Below are positions 24,882-37,965 of a DNA stretch of 64,000 nucleotides, piece after piece (the stretch's first letter is position 1; every line of letters begins with the position of its first letter). The translations under genes and the position numbers were made by a program. Under the pieces are notes generated by a model. That model searched no databases and was not told the DNA's origin. It saw only the letters and a list, made by a program, of their open reading frames with translations. The stretch is taken from the NCBI GenBank assembly GCA_964016885.1, contig OZ024742.1, forward strand, positions 284,270,001 through 284,334,000, in the 5' to 3' direction. The stretch comes from Eledone cirrhosa (lineage: Eukaryota).

Positions 24882-24890
24882 GACCACCCA
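24882..24890 (+). promoter_or_regulatory. Perfect Gli/Ci consensus site GACCACCCA (intronic)
   Basis: Exact 9/9 match; ptc is a canonical Gli target; function untested. Confidence 0.5.
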
Positions 24891-25496
24891 TGATGTGAAA
24901 ACAAGATAGCAGTGGCAGGCAGCTAAACTAAGTTAAGCTGAGCTATGTGGAAAAAGGAAGGAAGGGGGATGGGCTATTCAGCACGAATGAAGGGGAGGAA
25001 GTGTGAGTGAGAAAATGTGGGTGAGAGTGAGAGAGTTTCATAAGGGTGGATTGGGGTGAATCAGTCAAACCAAACTGGTGGTACCAACAGCAGAGCAGGG
25101 TGTAGTAGAAGTAGCAGTAATAGTACTGCTTGTAGTATCACTACATAGTTACCTATATTTTATTATAGAGCAGTATAAAATAATTGAAATGAAAAACCAT
25201 TGACATTATATAAAAATTATTGAACAGTATCTAATAAAAACAAAACACTATTAAAGGGAACAAAGAAGAAGAAAAGAGCGGATCAAGGGAGAAGGACAGT
25301 GCTCTGTGGAGAATGACCAGAGACACCTGCTGCAACAGCCGCCCCACCCCACTTCAGCTCACAAGGCTCCCTCCTCAGGTGGTGGTGGGGTGGGGGGCAT
25401 GCTGTAGTTATTTAACCACAGGTCAGCGATGATCCAGACTTATGATCAGGCATCCCAAAGAGTCCCTTTTTTAAAAGACAGTATTGAATGATTTAA

Positions 25497-25871
25497 CCCT
25501 TTAGCATTTAAACCGGCCGTAACTGGCTGCCTATACTGACATTAAGGTATTATTATCAAAATAGATTTTGGCGGTGGATTGGCAGTATCGGTAGATAGTC
25601 GGACGCCATGCTTTCCAGGATAGTTACGTCCCTTTACAGACTGAGTTCAAACCCCATCGAGGTTAACTTTGCCTTTCATCCTTATGGCCAGCAAATACCC
25701 AGTAATGTACTGGGTATTTGCTGGCCTTGTGCCAAATGTAGAAACAATTATTATCAAAATAGATAACATCAAAATCTCGTAGATTCAATATTATGTGAGA
25801 TAATTATGTAAGATAAAGCCTTTACCACAAAAATACAATAGTGTATATAGAGTAATGTAAATGCTAAAGGG
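25497..25871. mobile_element. piggyBac-type MITE family A (TIR CCCTTTAGCATTTA, TTAA on both sides)
   Basis: TTAA|CCCTTTAGCATTTA...TAAATGCTAAAGGG|TTAA. Confidence 0.88.
25567..25746 (+). mobile_element. SINE family 1 inserted inside a piggyBac-type MITE, 18-bp TSD
   Basis: ATTATTATCAAAATAGAT at 25549-25566 and 25747-25764. Confidence 0.88.
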
Positions 25872-26802
25872 TTAAGGGAGATTTGACTGCTATTTCTAAC
25901 AGCCTGTGTAGAGGTTTTTTCATTAAGTATTAGCATCATACACTGAATATTAGAAGTATGTGTTGGTATGGACTTGTGATGTGAATGGAGGAGGAATGTT
26001 TAGTGTGTGTGTGCTGTCTGTAAAAAAGAAGTGAAGGATTGATGATGTTAGATCTAAGGAGTAGACAATAGGTAGACAATACCGCCAGTGGCAGGTAGAC
26101 AATACCACCAGTGGCAAAGGGTGATTTGTATGCTTTGGGCAACAGATGGTCTTACTTATATATATATAAAATTTATCTTTGAGGGTGAACATAGGTCTCA
26201 CAGATGAGACAAAGCAGAATTGAAGCAAATAATGATATACAAAAATGGCAATATACTAAAGTGTAATACTTAGCCTTGTGGATGAGCTGGTATGCAAGAT
26301 CAAGACAAGAGCTGATATGACAGACCCAGCCAACGTAAAAAAGGTAAAAAAAAAAAGATGTTAAAACCCAGATCGTTAGCCCTTTTGTCACCATTTTTTT
26401 TCTCTAATGAATGACTGCCTATGATTTTCCACACCATTTAAAAAGTAATCAAGAATTTGGATGGATTTAGTAATATAACTAACTTTCTAAGCTGGTGTTT
26501 GGAACATAACTTAAGAAATGTTCTAAATATAAAATTTTAATGGAAGGTTTTTATATAATATTGATAAAGCCCCATGGTTTTGATGATGAGTGCTCAAGTT
26601 GCTCGATCAATGGAACAGCTTACTCATGAAATTAATGTGTATGGACTAAGGATTCCTCATAATGTAATTCTCATTACATGTAATTTAGAATTACAGGCAT
26701 AGTCAGTCCAACAGGCTTCTGAAACTGGGACCTAATGATAACAAAGCAAACCTTTTAGCCATTGTTTCATAGAACCAGGGGTGGCTTCAGGCAGTTTGGT
26801 AA

Positions 26803-27623
26803 AATAATAATAATAATAATAATGAAATTATTGTGTAAAGTGCTCAGGTGCACTACAACTCGTCAAAGGTGCATGTATAGTACATATAATAATACACATG
26901 TGTGTATGTGTATGGAGGGGGAACATTAGGTGTAGTGTTGGTGAATCTCGGGAAGCATGGAGGCCTTAAAGGATGCAGTGTCTCGACAGCTAACAACCGA
27001 TGCAGGTAGTTTGTTCCATGCTTCAGCAACTCTGAGCGTGAAAAAATGTTTCTGAAAGTCATGGGAACTGTACAGTTTTCTGACTTTGTGGGCATGCCCA
27101 CGTGTGTTAGACACATGGAAATCAAAAAGGTACTCAGGGTTGTTGTTGGCAAGATGGTTAACAATTTTATGGGTGTTTACCAAGTCAGTTGCCAGGCGTT
27201 GGAGCTTCAATGTATCCATGCCCAGGGAAGCAAGGCGTTCAGAGTATGGTAGATGCCTGATGGAGGGTATTCGCTTGGTTGCACGTCTCTGAACAGTTTC
27301 TAGGCGGTCAATGTTCTGAGCAAGATAGGGGTTCCAGACTGGTGATGCTAATTCTAAGTGTGGCCGCACCATAGCCATGTAAAGCCTTAAATAGATAGCT
27401 GGAGAGCGACTGACAAAGGTCTTGCTGAGTGATGCTAAGTCACCCTCGGCCCTCTTGACAATTTTAGAGACGTGCTTCGTCCAGCGCAAATCGCTGCTGA
27501 CCGTAATGCCCAGGTCACGTTCACAAGAAGACTTCTTGATATTAGTGCTGTGGAGGGAGTATGTGGACGCTGGGTTTTTACTCCCAAAATGCATGGTGGT
27601 GCACTTGTCCACAGCTAGCTTGA
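26803..27623 (-). mobile_element. 5'-truncated CR1-clade LINE (228-aa open C-terminal ORF2 segment, short 3' UTR, (ATT)n tail)
   Basis: ERDLGI, LYxAMVRPHLE, VWNPY, LETVQRRATK, YSERL, TRGH, FFTLRVAEAWNKLP motifs typical of CR1; tail at 26803-26823. Confidence 0.92.
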
Positions 27624-27678
27624 GTATAAAAAGGGTTGCTAATATTTAATTAAAAAGTGAGATAAGTAATGTACTTAC

Positions 27679-27776
27679 ATTATAGATATAGGGGTTTCAG
27701 GTCCAAAGAGCTTGGCTCCTTCCCAAAAACAATCCAAAGGACTTATAATCATACATGGTAACAACTTAGTCAGAAT
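27679..27776 (-). CDS. ptc: Patched exon, 98 nt: [32 protein letters not shown]
   Basis: TTGGCAG|ATT...AT|GTAAGT; conserved PLDCFWEG motif. Confidence 0.96.
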
Positions 27777-28645
27777 CTGCCAAAGAAAAATTTACACAAT
27801 TAACAAAACTTTAAATCCCAATGGAATTAATTTATGTAAACAGAATAATTAATCAAATAAATGGCGAAGGAAACAGTCAAATACTGGGACTTGACAGACA
27901 GCTTCATTTTTGTGCTGGTCATTGTCAAGAACTCTCGTGTCCTTGGCCTCTGAACTGTTTTCCTCTGCAAAATTGAGAAAAGTGCATCCTGCCTGAGAAA
28001 GGAGCTTCATGAGGTGTAGTGTATGGTACAGCAGATGTCACTGGCTGTTGTTCTTCATTTTTGTCTATGGTGATGCATAGTCTAGATTGAGGCATAATGT
28101 CTGCTGGTTCCCCCCTTCCCCTTACTTTTGCTATTTAATTATTTCTTTTTTTTTTTATTGCAAATATTTCAAAATTGAAATTTGTTGAATAAAGTTTGTT
28201 GCTCCATTTGAATGTAAGTAAATAAAATTTTTATATTAGATTTAAGGCATATGGCCTAGTAATTAAAGTTTTGAACTCATGATTATAATGTTATAGGTCT
28301 GATTTCTGGACCAGGCAACATTTTGTGTTTTTGACCAAAACACTTCATTTCATGTTGCTTTTTAAGATAGGATTGGGATCCCTGTCTTTAAAAGACCCAA
28401 GAAACCTCCTAAGTATGGCACTTTTTCTGATCTTCACTCAAACTGCGAGACATAAACAAACAGCTTGTTTAAGGGGTGTCAACAAGGAGATGCACACACA
28501 GTTTCCATCTACTAAATTTCACCCAAAACACATTAGTCAGCCTGAGACTAAAAGTAAAGACACTTGCTTATGGTGTGTATTAGTTATTCAAATCTAGATA
28601 CTGTCTGCAAAATGAACTGTATGAGATATTAAAGGACATACTTAC

Positions 28646-28715
28646 TTTCTCTAGATATGGCTGGTCAAATATATCTGCTGAGACAGCATAGCAAATGTCA
28701 TGCAAAGACCATGTT
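28646..28715 (-). CDS. ptc: Patched exon, 70 nt: (I)TWSLHDICYAVSADIFDQPYLEK
   Basis: TTTACAG|A...AAA|GTAAGT; phase 2 to 0 joins neighbours; WxLxxxCY motif; absent from ORF track. Confidence 0.92.
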
Positions 28716-30534
28716 CTGTAAATAACAAAGAAAAAAATAACATTAAATGGTTAGTATTAAAAAAAAAAGGAACTGATCAGATAGAATCATTAATGAAACT
28801 ATTTGCCAGTTGCAACCCCTGACAGAAGGTGCAGTGTGAAAAATATTTTACTCAAGAACACAATGCACTGCCAGGACTAAAAATTGATCCCATACCATAT
28901 GATTGTGAGTCCAACACACTAACCACTAAGTCACATGCCTTGATTTATGTAAACATCCTTAAAAACAAAACAAAAAACTATTGTTGTATTTTGACACAGT
29001 GAGCCCAACACATGAGCCTCTATGCAGTTGTTCGAAATAGCAACCAAATCTCTTTAAAATCACAGTCTTTAAAAATGGAATAGCAGATTAGATACTATAG
29101 TCCTAGATAGAGTATTAGTACTGAAATCAAGATAGGCTGGTTATGGCTGGAATGCTTTTGATCAGAGGAGACAAACAGAAAGATAGAAAGAAAGGTAAGA
29201 CCCCCCCCCCCGTCTTACTAAGACAGAAGAAAGAAAGAGATACACTGATATAGACATGTAACATGCAATGTAAATTGATGATGTATGCATAATTGGCAAA
29301 AGGACTGAAGACAGATCAACCCTTATCAGGCAGATTTAGGATCAAAGGTGTTTCAACAGTAACCACCTAGTCTTTTTCTCAGACAGTGTACCTTATGGTA
29401 TTTATTCCAGTTCCTGACATTTCTGAATTCAAATCCCCTATTAAGTCAACTTTGCTTTCCAAGGTCTATAAAACACCAGCTCAGTGTGGTGGACTGGTGG
29501 GATATTTAGTGTATCAGATGAGATAGTTTGTGGTATCTGTTCTGGGTTCAAATCTTGTCATCACCTACTTGAGTGGTAGACTTACTCCTTTGTCTGGCTC
29601 AGCACCACCACATAGCCCACTGGAACTGTTAGTGAAACCCATTCTGTTGCAAACATTCTGGCCAGGTCTCCAGTTTGAAGATACCTTTCCCCGTTCAGAC
29701 TGGTTTTGAAGTTTCTGAAATGAATCATGGCCACTGCCCTTCCTCTTAACTAAGTGATAAAAAAATAATAAAAGACACTAGGGCTACACCATATAACATA
29801 TGTTATAATTTTTAAAGATGCTGATTTGAAAGAGATTTGGTTGCTATTTCTAGCTAGTAGATCAGCTGTGGAGTAACTCACACATTGACTTGTTTATATA
29901 AAGTGTTATGAGCGAATGAAGATGGTTGCTTTTAGAAGAGTACATACATAAAATTATATGCAATAGAGATACACTTATAAATACTGTAAATAAATTGTGA
30001 ACATTGGGGAAAATGGTGTATTGCAGACCCATACAACCCAGTGAATAGATCTTAATTATAGCTAGCAGAGAGAAAAACAGATGTTAAAATAATGATAACG
30101 ATGATGATGACATTTCTGAAAAAATAGAGCTGTGATTTTGATTTAAAAAAAAACAAACAAATTTTCTTTTTTGCACTGAGTAACTAACTGGTCAGATGTT
30201 CTCATCTATGCAGAAATGTAAGCAGTGCTATTAACAGACAATGTTTAATGATAGAGATAATAGATAATAGACAGAGACAGGAGCCTGTATTTCATGAAAT
30301 TGCAGTTAAAGAGATAAACCATCTACACCACATGGCTAGCATCTGGGAGTATTTATAACTTCATAAAAACAGCGGCATGAAAGCTAGGTATGTCCCGTAA
30401 CCTTTGTAATGCAGTATAAATAACTTATAATAAACTTTATACATACAGTGCATAGTACTGAATAACAACTAAGCCAAGGATGATATGTTCTATTTCTTAT
30501 AACATGTGTTCTTGGTTGTTGATATTATTATTAA

Positions 30535-31080
30535 GGGCGGTGGATTGGCATAATCGGTGGAGTGTCGGACACCAGGCTTTGCAGTATAGAGTTATGATCC
30601 TTTACGGTCTGAGTTCAAATCCCACCGAGGTTAGCTTTGCCTTTCATCCTTATGGGGTTGATAAAATAAAACACTAGTGATGCACTGGGGAGGTCGATGC
30701 ACTCGACTTTTCCCTCCCCTAAAATTGTTGGCCATGTGCCTAAATCAGAAATCATTATTATTATTAAGGGCGGGGGATTGGCAGTATCGGTAGAGGTTCA
30801 GACGCCATGCTTTCCAGCATAGTTACATTCCTTTATGTTCTGAGTTCAAATCCCGCTAAGGTTAACTTTGCCTTTCATCCTTACGGGGTCTATAAAATAA
30901 AGTAGCAGTAATGCACTGGGTATTTGCTGGCCTTGTGCCAAAAGTAGAAATTATTATTATTATTATTATTAATTCTAAGGGTGGTGGATTGGCAAAAATT
31001 ATTAAGGCGTTGAATGAATTACTTTGTGGCATTTAGTTACAGTTCTATTTTCTGATTTCAACTTTGCATTTTATCCTTCA
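30535..31080 (+). mobile_element. Head-to-tail SINE family 1 cluster (two full copies plus a degenerate third), separated by (ATT)n tails
   Basis: Repeated GGGCGG(T/G)GGATTGGCA heads near 30535, 30768, 30979. Confidence 0.85.
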
Positions 31081-33397
31081 ATCCTGATACCAAGTTGTAT
31101 CAGGATGGTGTAGTCAATGATTTGTTAGCAAACTGCATGAAACCGCCCCTGGTTCTATGATACAAACAACTGTTTGTCCTTAAGTGTTTATATTAATATA
31201 AAAACCTTCCATCATAATTTTAGAAAAGAACTTTTGTTAAATTATATTCCAAACACCAGTTCAATAATGAAAACATTATTAAATTCATTCACGTTCATGA
31301 TTATCTGAAAAATTATTTGAAAATCTTGGCAGTGCTTTCAGACCTTGAAAACCCAAAACCAAAGATGAGATGTTCAGTTTAGCCCTGATTATGCAGATAT
31401 AAGATCATATTTGAACCATAGCCATTTTTTTCTGGAATGCTATATCTAGAACTACATTATCTAATGTGTTCATTTGTTTAAAAAAAGATAGATGATAGGT
31501 TGTGTTTTCATTGAGATTTGATTGCTGTTTTTAGCATAACCCTTTTGATACCAAACCTCTTTAAACCACCCTTTGTTCTATGATACAAGCTAAATAACGA
31601 CAAAGTTGGTTATTTCGTTAAATCTCTCCAAATTCTTGATTATTTTCAAAATTGTTTGAATAGGCAGTGTCTTCCATTAGAAATATAGTAAGGAAAAGGG
31701 GAGGGAAGATGGTGCACTACGGTTCACATGATCAGGTCAGTAAAATAAATATCAGTAATATGCTGAGGGCAATTCATTCAAAATAAACCACCATCTTCAA
31801 AGAAAAACCAACATAAAAACATTTCCATTGTTTCATTACACCCGTACCTAAAATGCACTTCTAGCGATCGATCTGTGCTGTGTAATTGACCTCAATAAGA
31901 AAACAGCAATATTCACAAACTCTAAGCAGTTGGCAAATAGAGTTATCTCCCCTAAAAATTGATGCTGACACTTAGACATTATGTTAAATACACACTCACA
32001 CTATGCATAGGGGTAAAAAAGATGTTGATAGCCGTCGGTAATAAGGCTTCTTAAATCAGGACTAACCAGAGACTATACAACAACAAAGGCAGTGCCCAGC
32101 AACCTCACAGCATTGGGATTTTCAGATATTTATAGATTTGAATTTTAAAAATATCCAACTGCTCAATTAATAATCATAAGTCCCAAAAGAAACTGATTTA
32201 ATGGAGTATAATTGCAATAATCGAAAGTTTTTCTGAAACAACTATAAAATGTATGTCATCGATGTTTCATTCAGACCTTAGAGAAGTTTCAACGAAATCT
32301 AAAAAAAAAAAATGTTGGTGTATAGACAGACCTAGGCAGACACGAGCAAATCAAGCCCACGCTCAATGTTGCACACTTTCACATTATGAAAACCCCGAGA
32401 CTTATGTTGTACAATAGGCAGTGACTTCGTAGAATCGTTAGAACATCGGATAGAATGCTTTGTGGTATTCGTTTCGGTTCTCTCCCCTCAAATTCAAATC
32501 ACGCCGAGGTCAACTTTGCCTTTCATCCATTCGAGGTGGATAAAAAAAATAAAAAAAAGTATCAGTCAAATACTTCTTTCTCACTTCCATTCTCTCACTC
32601 TCTATCCTTCTCTGAAAGAAATCTGCTGTATTCGGAACTGGAGAGATGGGCTCCCCCAAGATGTAAAAGTGCCCGAGAAACGCTGTATGTCAACATGGCA
32701 TCCCTACGACTTTCTCAGGAGTTACGGGACCATGCATATATGAATATGTACAATATTTATTTTATTTTCACTCACACACATATATATATATGATTGTCAA
32801 CTAACTTGAAATGAAAATGCTGGAAAAACTTTGTAGAAATGCTGGGAGAATACTGGAAAAAATTAGCATAGATGACAATGCATTATAGTTTTTAATTACT
32901 TTTGAGTATGTTTGCATATTACTGCATGTATTTGTGTGTAATATACTTTCACTATTCTCTTTTTTCTAGCCCCCGAGATTTATTTGGTAGAATTAGAGTA
33001 TGAAATTACATGTAAAACCTCTACGACTCTAGACAGATACTGAAATATTCTCCAGTAGTCATTCAATGACAAATGGTAAATTATTCAATAAAACACAAAT
33101 TCTATGATAGTTTACAACAACATTCATCCATATACCTCTTTTACATCGTCTTCTTTCAGACGATTACATTTTATATATTTACCCAAAGGTTTCTTAAAAA
33201 AAGATTGCAATTCACTGTCTATTGGGAAAAAGTTAAAATTGGTGAAAGATGACAGAACAATGTAACAAAATAACAAATAGATTTTTAACGTGGAGTTTGA
33301 AAAGGCTGCTTTCAACGAAATAAACCTTGGATACTTATTGCATGCTGTGGAAAAACTCTGCTTGCATCATAAAGTAGAAGAGCCGGCTTAACAACTT

Positions 33398-33520
33398 CAG
33401 ACCGGCCAACCTCTAAAAATCCAGACGGAGGGTGCCATGAAAAAAAGTGCCCCAAAATTGGGAGAAATGAGGCAAAATGGAGGAAATCTCTCCGTCGGAC
33501 GGGGAGAGTTGACAGGTCTG
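33398..33520. mobile_element. Small TIR element (MITE); further copies at 55435-55624 and partial near 60360-60483
   Basis: Ends CAGACC(G/T)GCCAAC...GTTGACAGGTCTG; shared interior CCATGAAAAAAAGTG...GAAATGAGGCAAAATGG. Confidence 0.75.
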
Positions 33521-33807
33521 CAACCTGTATTCCTCTATATGTTGAATCACAGAAGCAACAAGTCTTCGAATAAAAATGTGTCCCAAAGATTAGCATTCTG
33601 CATTAGAACCAGAAAACATTCCAGCTTCCAACAGTTGTTAACTCTTGACAAAGCTTAAGACTTCAGATTAAATACTGCTCTGGTATGATGCTGCTGGTAC
33701 ACAAACACACGGATACCCCCAATATCGCATCTCCCACTCTTCCCAACTGATAATCTCTTTTCATCTACCTTTTTACTGCTATTACGATGACCTCTGATCC
33801 ATGAGGC

Positions 33808-33940
33808 CAGGGCCGTCTTAACAGCATTATAGGCCCCCGAGCAAAGCAGAGCACTGGGGCCCCTACCTACACAACCACTCACAGGAATAAAAATACAAAT
33901 GGGCAACTGCCCAGCGTGCCCATGCGTTAAGACGGCCCTG
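33808..33940. mobile_element. hAT-type MITE, 133 bp
   Basis: Perfect 15-bp TIR CAGGGCCGTCTTAAC; perfect 8-bp TSD CATGAGGC at 33800-33807 and 33941-33948. Confidence 0.93.
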
Positions 33941-36611
33941 CATGAGGCTCTTGTGTCACTTCTACTCACTAGTCAAGCTCTTGTATAAACTATTTATGTG
34001 TGGCTTCCAAAGAGCCCCACTATTCCGCGAGATAAGGTGCATTGCAATAAAAATTTACATTTTTGGTTCATTTAAAGTCTTATTTAAATTAAGGTGGTGG
34101 GGCTGTCTATTAATTATAGGTATAAGCACCGAGATAAAATAAGTTTGGAAAGTACAGTTGTAACGGGCCATCTGCTTACTTCACAAAATTGTATAAAGCA
34201 CGGCCGCGTGTGTGGTCAGAAAGTAATTTCCTTTTCTCCTCTCACCTTTAGAGAGCTGTCTCTCTTCTATCTCCTTCGACCTTTATACCCCCACCTACCT
34301 GCTTTACCTCTCACCTTTTCTCCCTCAGCCCCATCTTCTAACCCTCTTCCCTCACCTTCTTCCTTCGCCTCCCAGCACCACCATGCCATGGAAGTATCTT
34401 GCACTGGTTCAACTGAACTCACTGACACTGCCACACAACCTGGAAGAGTGAAGGAGTTGTTGTTGTTGATGGTGGTGGCTGGAGTGAAGCGGTTTAGAAA
34501 AGGAAACCTCCTAGAGGAGATGGGGTAGGAGAAGGTTTAGCAAGAGGGAAATGAGATGACGGTGGAGGTGGTAGAGAAACGAAGATGAAGTCGAGCAGTA
34601 AGGGGTTGTAGTGTAGGCCAAATAAAGCATGCTATAAGCTGAGTGTGCGTGTGTCTGAGAGACTGAAAAAAACAGAGGGAGATATTATGAGTAAGAGAAT
34701 TTGTTTAATAAATGTATGAATGAAAAATATATTTGAATGAAGGAAAGCGTGTGAAACGACGTGAATTCAGTGCGCGTTAATGTGTGTATATAAATATAAC
34801 TGCAGGTGGGTGGGTGTTTATATATTGATAAACAGCCTAGGTATAGATAATACGATTGATAGATTGTCAGAGAAATACAACCATGATGCATAATTTCTTT
34901 GATAGACACATGGACATAAAATATATACAAGTAGAGGATATTTCACCTCAATACATTGACTGCCACGTATTTTATCGGCTCCTAGAATAGTTGAAAGGCA
35001 AAGTCAATATCACAGAGACGATATTAAAAACAGACCACCAGACAGTTTCAGTCCTACGTACATTTAGTAATAAAAGACAGACGCCTTACAGTTAACAAAT
35101 CCTGTTCAAATACGACCCAGTTCAAAGGACGACCTTAGAGTTAACAAGTCAGGCCTAAATACAACCCAGTTTCCATTGTCAATTTATATATATAATAGCC
35201 ATAAATAAACTGTTGTTCCTTCTACACAAACCAACCAATGAAACCGAGAACAAACGAGCCTCTTAAGTAGCATAGTCCAACAATTTTCTCACTATTGTAT
35301 TGAGAAGGAGAGAGATTTATTTTACAAGACAAAAGAAGTTATAACATGCAAGACTTTTCAAAAGATCAGCTGTTTTAAAAAAATTGAGCTAAATGAGTTA
35401 AATCGGAGAATAACAACGCATCTTAGCTAGGCCTAATTTACAAATGCACTAAGATACGTTTGTGAGATCGTTAGAAGTGAATTCTGGCGTTTCAGTCTGG
35501 GCTCCTTCGAAGACATACCTTGTATATTAATATAAACATGGAAAATAGACGTAAAATGGTGATGATAATGCAATTTCAAACCACGAAACCACAAATGTAT
35601 CCTTTTATAAGATGATAATATGTAGCTTGAAAGGGATTTTATTGCTCTTTCTAGCGGGTCGGGCGCCGACCAACATTAGTTTTCCTCACGGGCCAACCAA
35701 GCCTCTACGTGATTGCCCAGCCTGCTAAAAATAGCAGCCACTTTTAACCATAACCCTGTTATTTTAAAAAGGCAGAACACATGGGAAACAATATCTGAAA
35801 ATAAAACGGGAGGATCATGGCTAAAACGCTTTGATCATAGGTCTGATCTGATTAGAACTGAGTCGGGGGTAAACAATAAAAACTAATTCAATTTGATTTG
35901 TAGTTGTTTTTAATTCTTTACCTCGCCATTTAGAAGTTTCCTCCTAAAACCCCATTCATTTCTAGGGGTGTAATTTATACTAGAACTATTAAATGAAACC
36001 CTAGCTCAGTCAATAAGAAGGAACTATTGAATAATTAAGAATAGTTTTCAGAATGGGACCCCCCAGTTAAATAAGGTACTCAATACATTAGTAGAAAAGA
36101 AGCATATTTATTTTATAGAGATTACTTCTACAGGACTATACCTCAGCCCATGCCAACAAGCAGTACAGTGTATAATTTACAGAGGCCGAGAAAACAATTA
36201 TGAACTTGGCAGTTCTTAATGCCTGTTATTTTTTTCGTTCTTTCTTTTCTTTCATCTCAACTGTTTTTCAACTCCCAGCAAACCCGTTCATCTAGCCTTT
36301 AGCTGGTCATTGTAACTGAGGAAATGTATGGTTTCATAGACAGGCAAGAAGAGAGAAAGAAATAAGATAGATATACAGACAGGCTTATAGAGAGGGGAGA
36401 CGTAGCCAGCCAGGACTTTGTTTATTTTGATATAAGTGACTGGACCGTGATAGGGAAAGGAAATCTTGCGTGTTGTGTGTGTTCTCTCAGGGAGGTCCTG
36501 GGACATAAACAACTGGAAAGAATATATATGTATATCTAACCAAGTATGAGAGTGGAGATGGTGGAAGCGAGGGGTACACAGTGGTAGTTGTTGATCCTGA
36601 CTTTCAAGTTT

Positions 36612-37071
36612 AATCCTTTCGTTATCATATTTCTACTGAAATACATATACTGTATTTGAATTGAATAGATTAATGAAAAATCCAGAGGGATTTACTAAAA
36701 TTATTTTATCATTAAGAAGGTTCTGATAGCAAATTATGCTGAAGGTTTGAATTTAAATGTGAACACTTTTAAAATGGATGGCTTTTCCCCCACAAAACAA
36801 GCGGTTTGGAATCAAAAGAGCTAACCCATTTCGTGACCATATTTCCGATGAAAGTACATTATCTGTGTTTTAATTAACTTTGAAAATAATCAAAATTTTG
36901 GAATGACTAGAAAAACATTTTTTCCCATTATAAAATTGATTGTTTGCGCATATAAAACAAATGATTCTCATAATAAAACTATGATGAATTTTAATTTACA
37001 CAAACGTTTTAAACGAAAGATTTTATATCGTAGAACCAGGGGCGGTTTAGTAAAAAAAAACAAAGGGTTAA
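36612..37071. mobile_element. Two adjacent copies of older TTAA-type MITE family B (other copies near 13125, 23010, 26380, 31540, 38925, 54470, 55235, 63130)
   Basis: Recurring CCCTTT(T/C)GTTACCATATTTC...TTTTGAAAATAAT...GCTGGTGTTTGGAAC...AGAACCAGGGG...AAAGGG|TTAA. Confidence 0.65.
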
Positions 37072-37554
37072 GCTTACAAATATTTATAGAGAAATAGTAA
37101 GCCTGTCAGTAGTAGGAGTTGAAATACGAGGTTTACTATAAAATAGTTTGTGTGTGGGAGGGGGAGGAGAGATTCTCACGTGTGTGGTGTAGGTCTTTTA
37201 CCTCCTCACCCCATTACTACTTTACATTCACAATCAACTAAGCCCCTTCCCTTTCCCTCCTGACAGAAAGACATAAACCTTGAAAGACCTCTTCAGACTG
37301 GAGTGTCAATCTGAGGCCAGTTATATATCATAACACACACACCCACGTACGCGTACAGACACTCTTTCCAGAGAACATGCATGTATACACACACACACAT
37401 ATATATATATAGAGAGAGAGACGTATATGCCACTGCTAAGATATAGTGTGTGTGTGTGAAACAAAATGTTCATCCTTTGTAGTATTTAAAACCTCTCATC
37501 CGGCCAAAGCAACTTTCCAAATCTAGTATTTGTTCTCCCCTATCAATATTTTAA

Positions 37555-37965
37555 TTTTTTTTTATTTATTTTTTTTTTTTTGAAGGGATAAAAATTATTT
37601 ATTAAGTTTCACAATTAATTATATAAATAATGGAAAAGGGGGGAAGGGCAGATCTGGGTGTATAGGAAAGTAAAGTAAAGGACTATAAATGTCAGAGCAA
37701 AGACTATTAGGCCAAGGAAGAACGAGAGAGAAGGGGAGAGAGTGACAGGTTCTATGCCTAGGTCGGGGCGGAGGAGTATTTCGGCTGCACCCCACGGACA
37801 AAACTGTAAAGAGATTTCCGCAGACAATGGCCAGCGACACCCGCTGCAACAGCTACCCCACCTCGCAGGGCTCCTTCTCTGATAGGCTGCTGACGGTTCG
37901 ATTTTATGGAGGACTTCGGCTGTGAGCGGTCCGATGACGCCACTGAGGTCTCGATGGCAACCAAT
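37555..37965 (-). mobile_element. Relic 3' end of a restriction-like-endonuclease non-LTR element (CRE-like) with A-rich tail; related shorter relic near 25270-25385
   Basis: Frameshifted VAIETS/GVIGP...LLQRVSLAIVCGN resembles the AxETxG...QRLSxAIxRGN C-terminus; T-rich tract near 37555-37581 on +. Confidence 0.6.
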
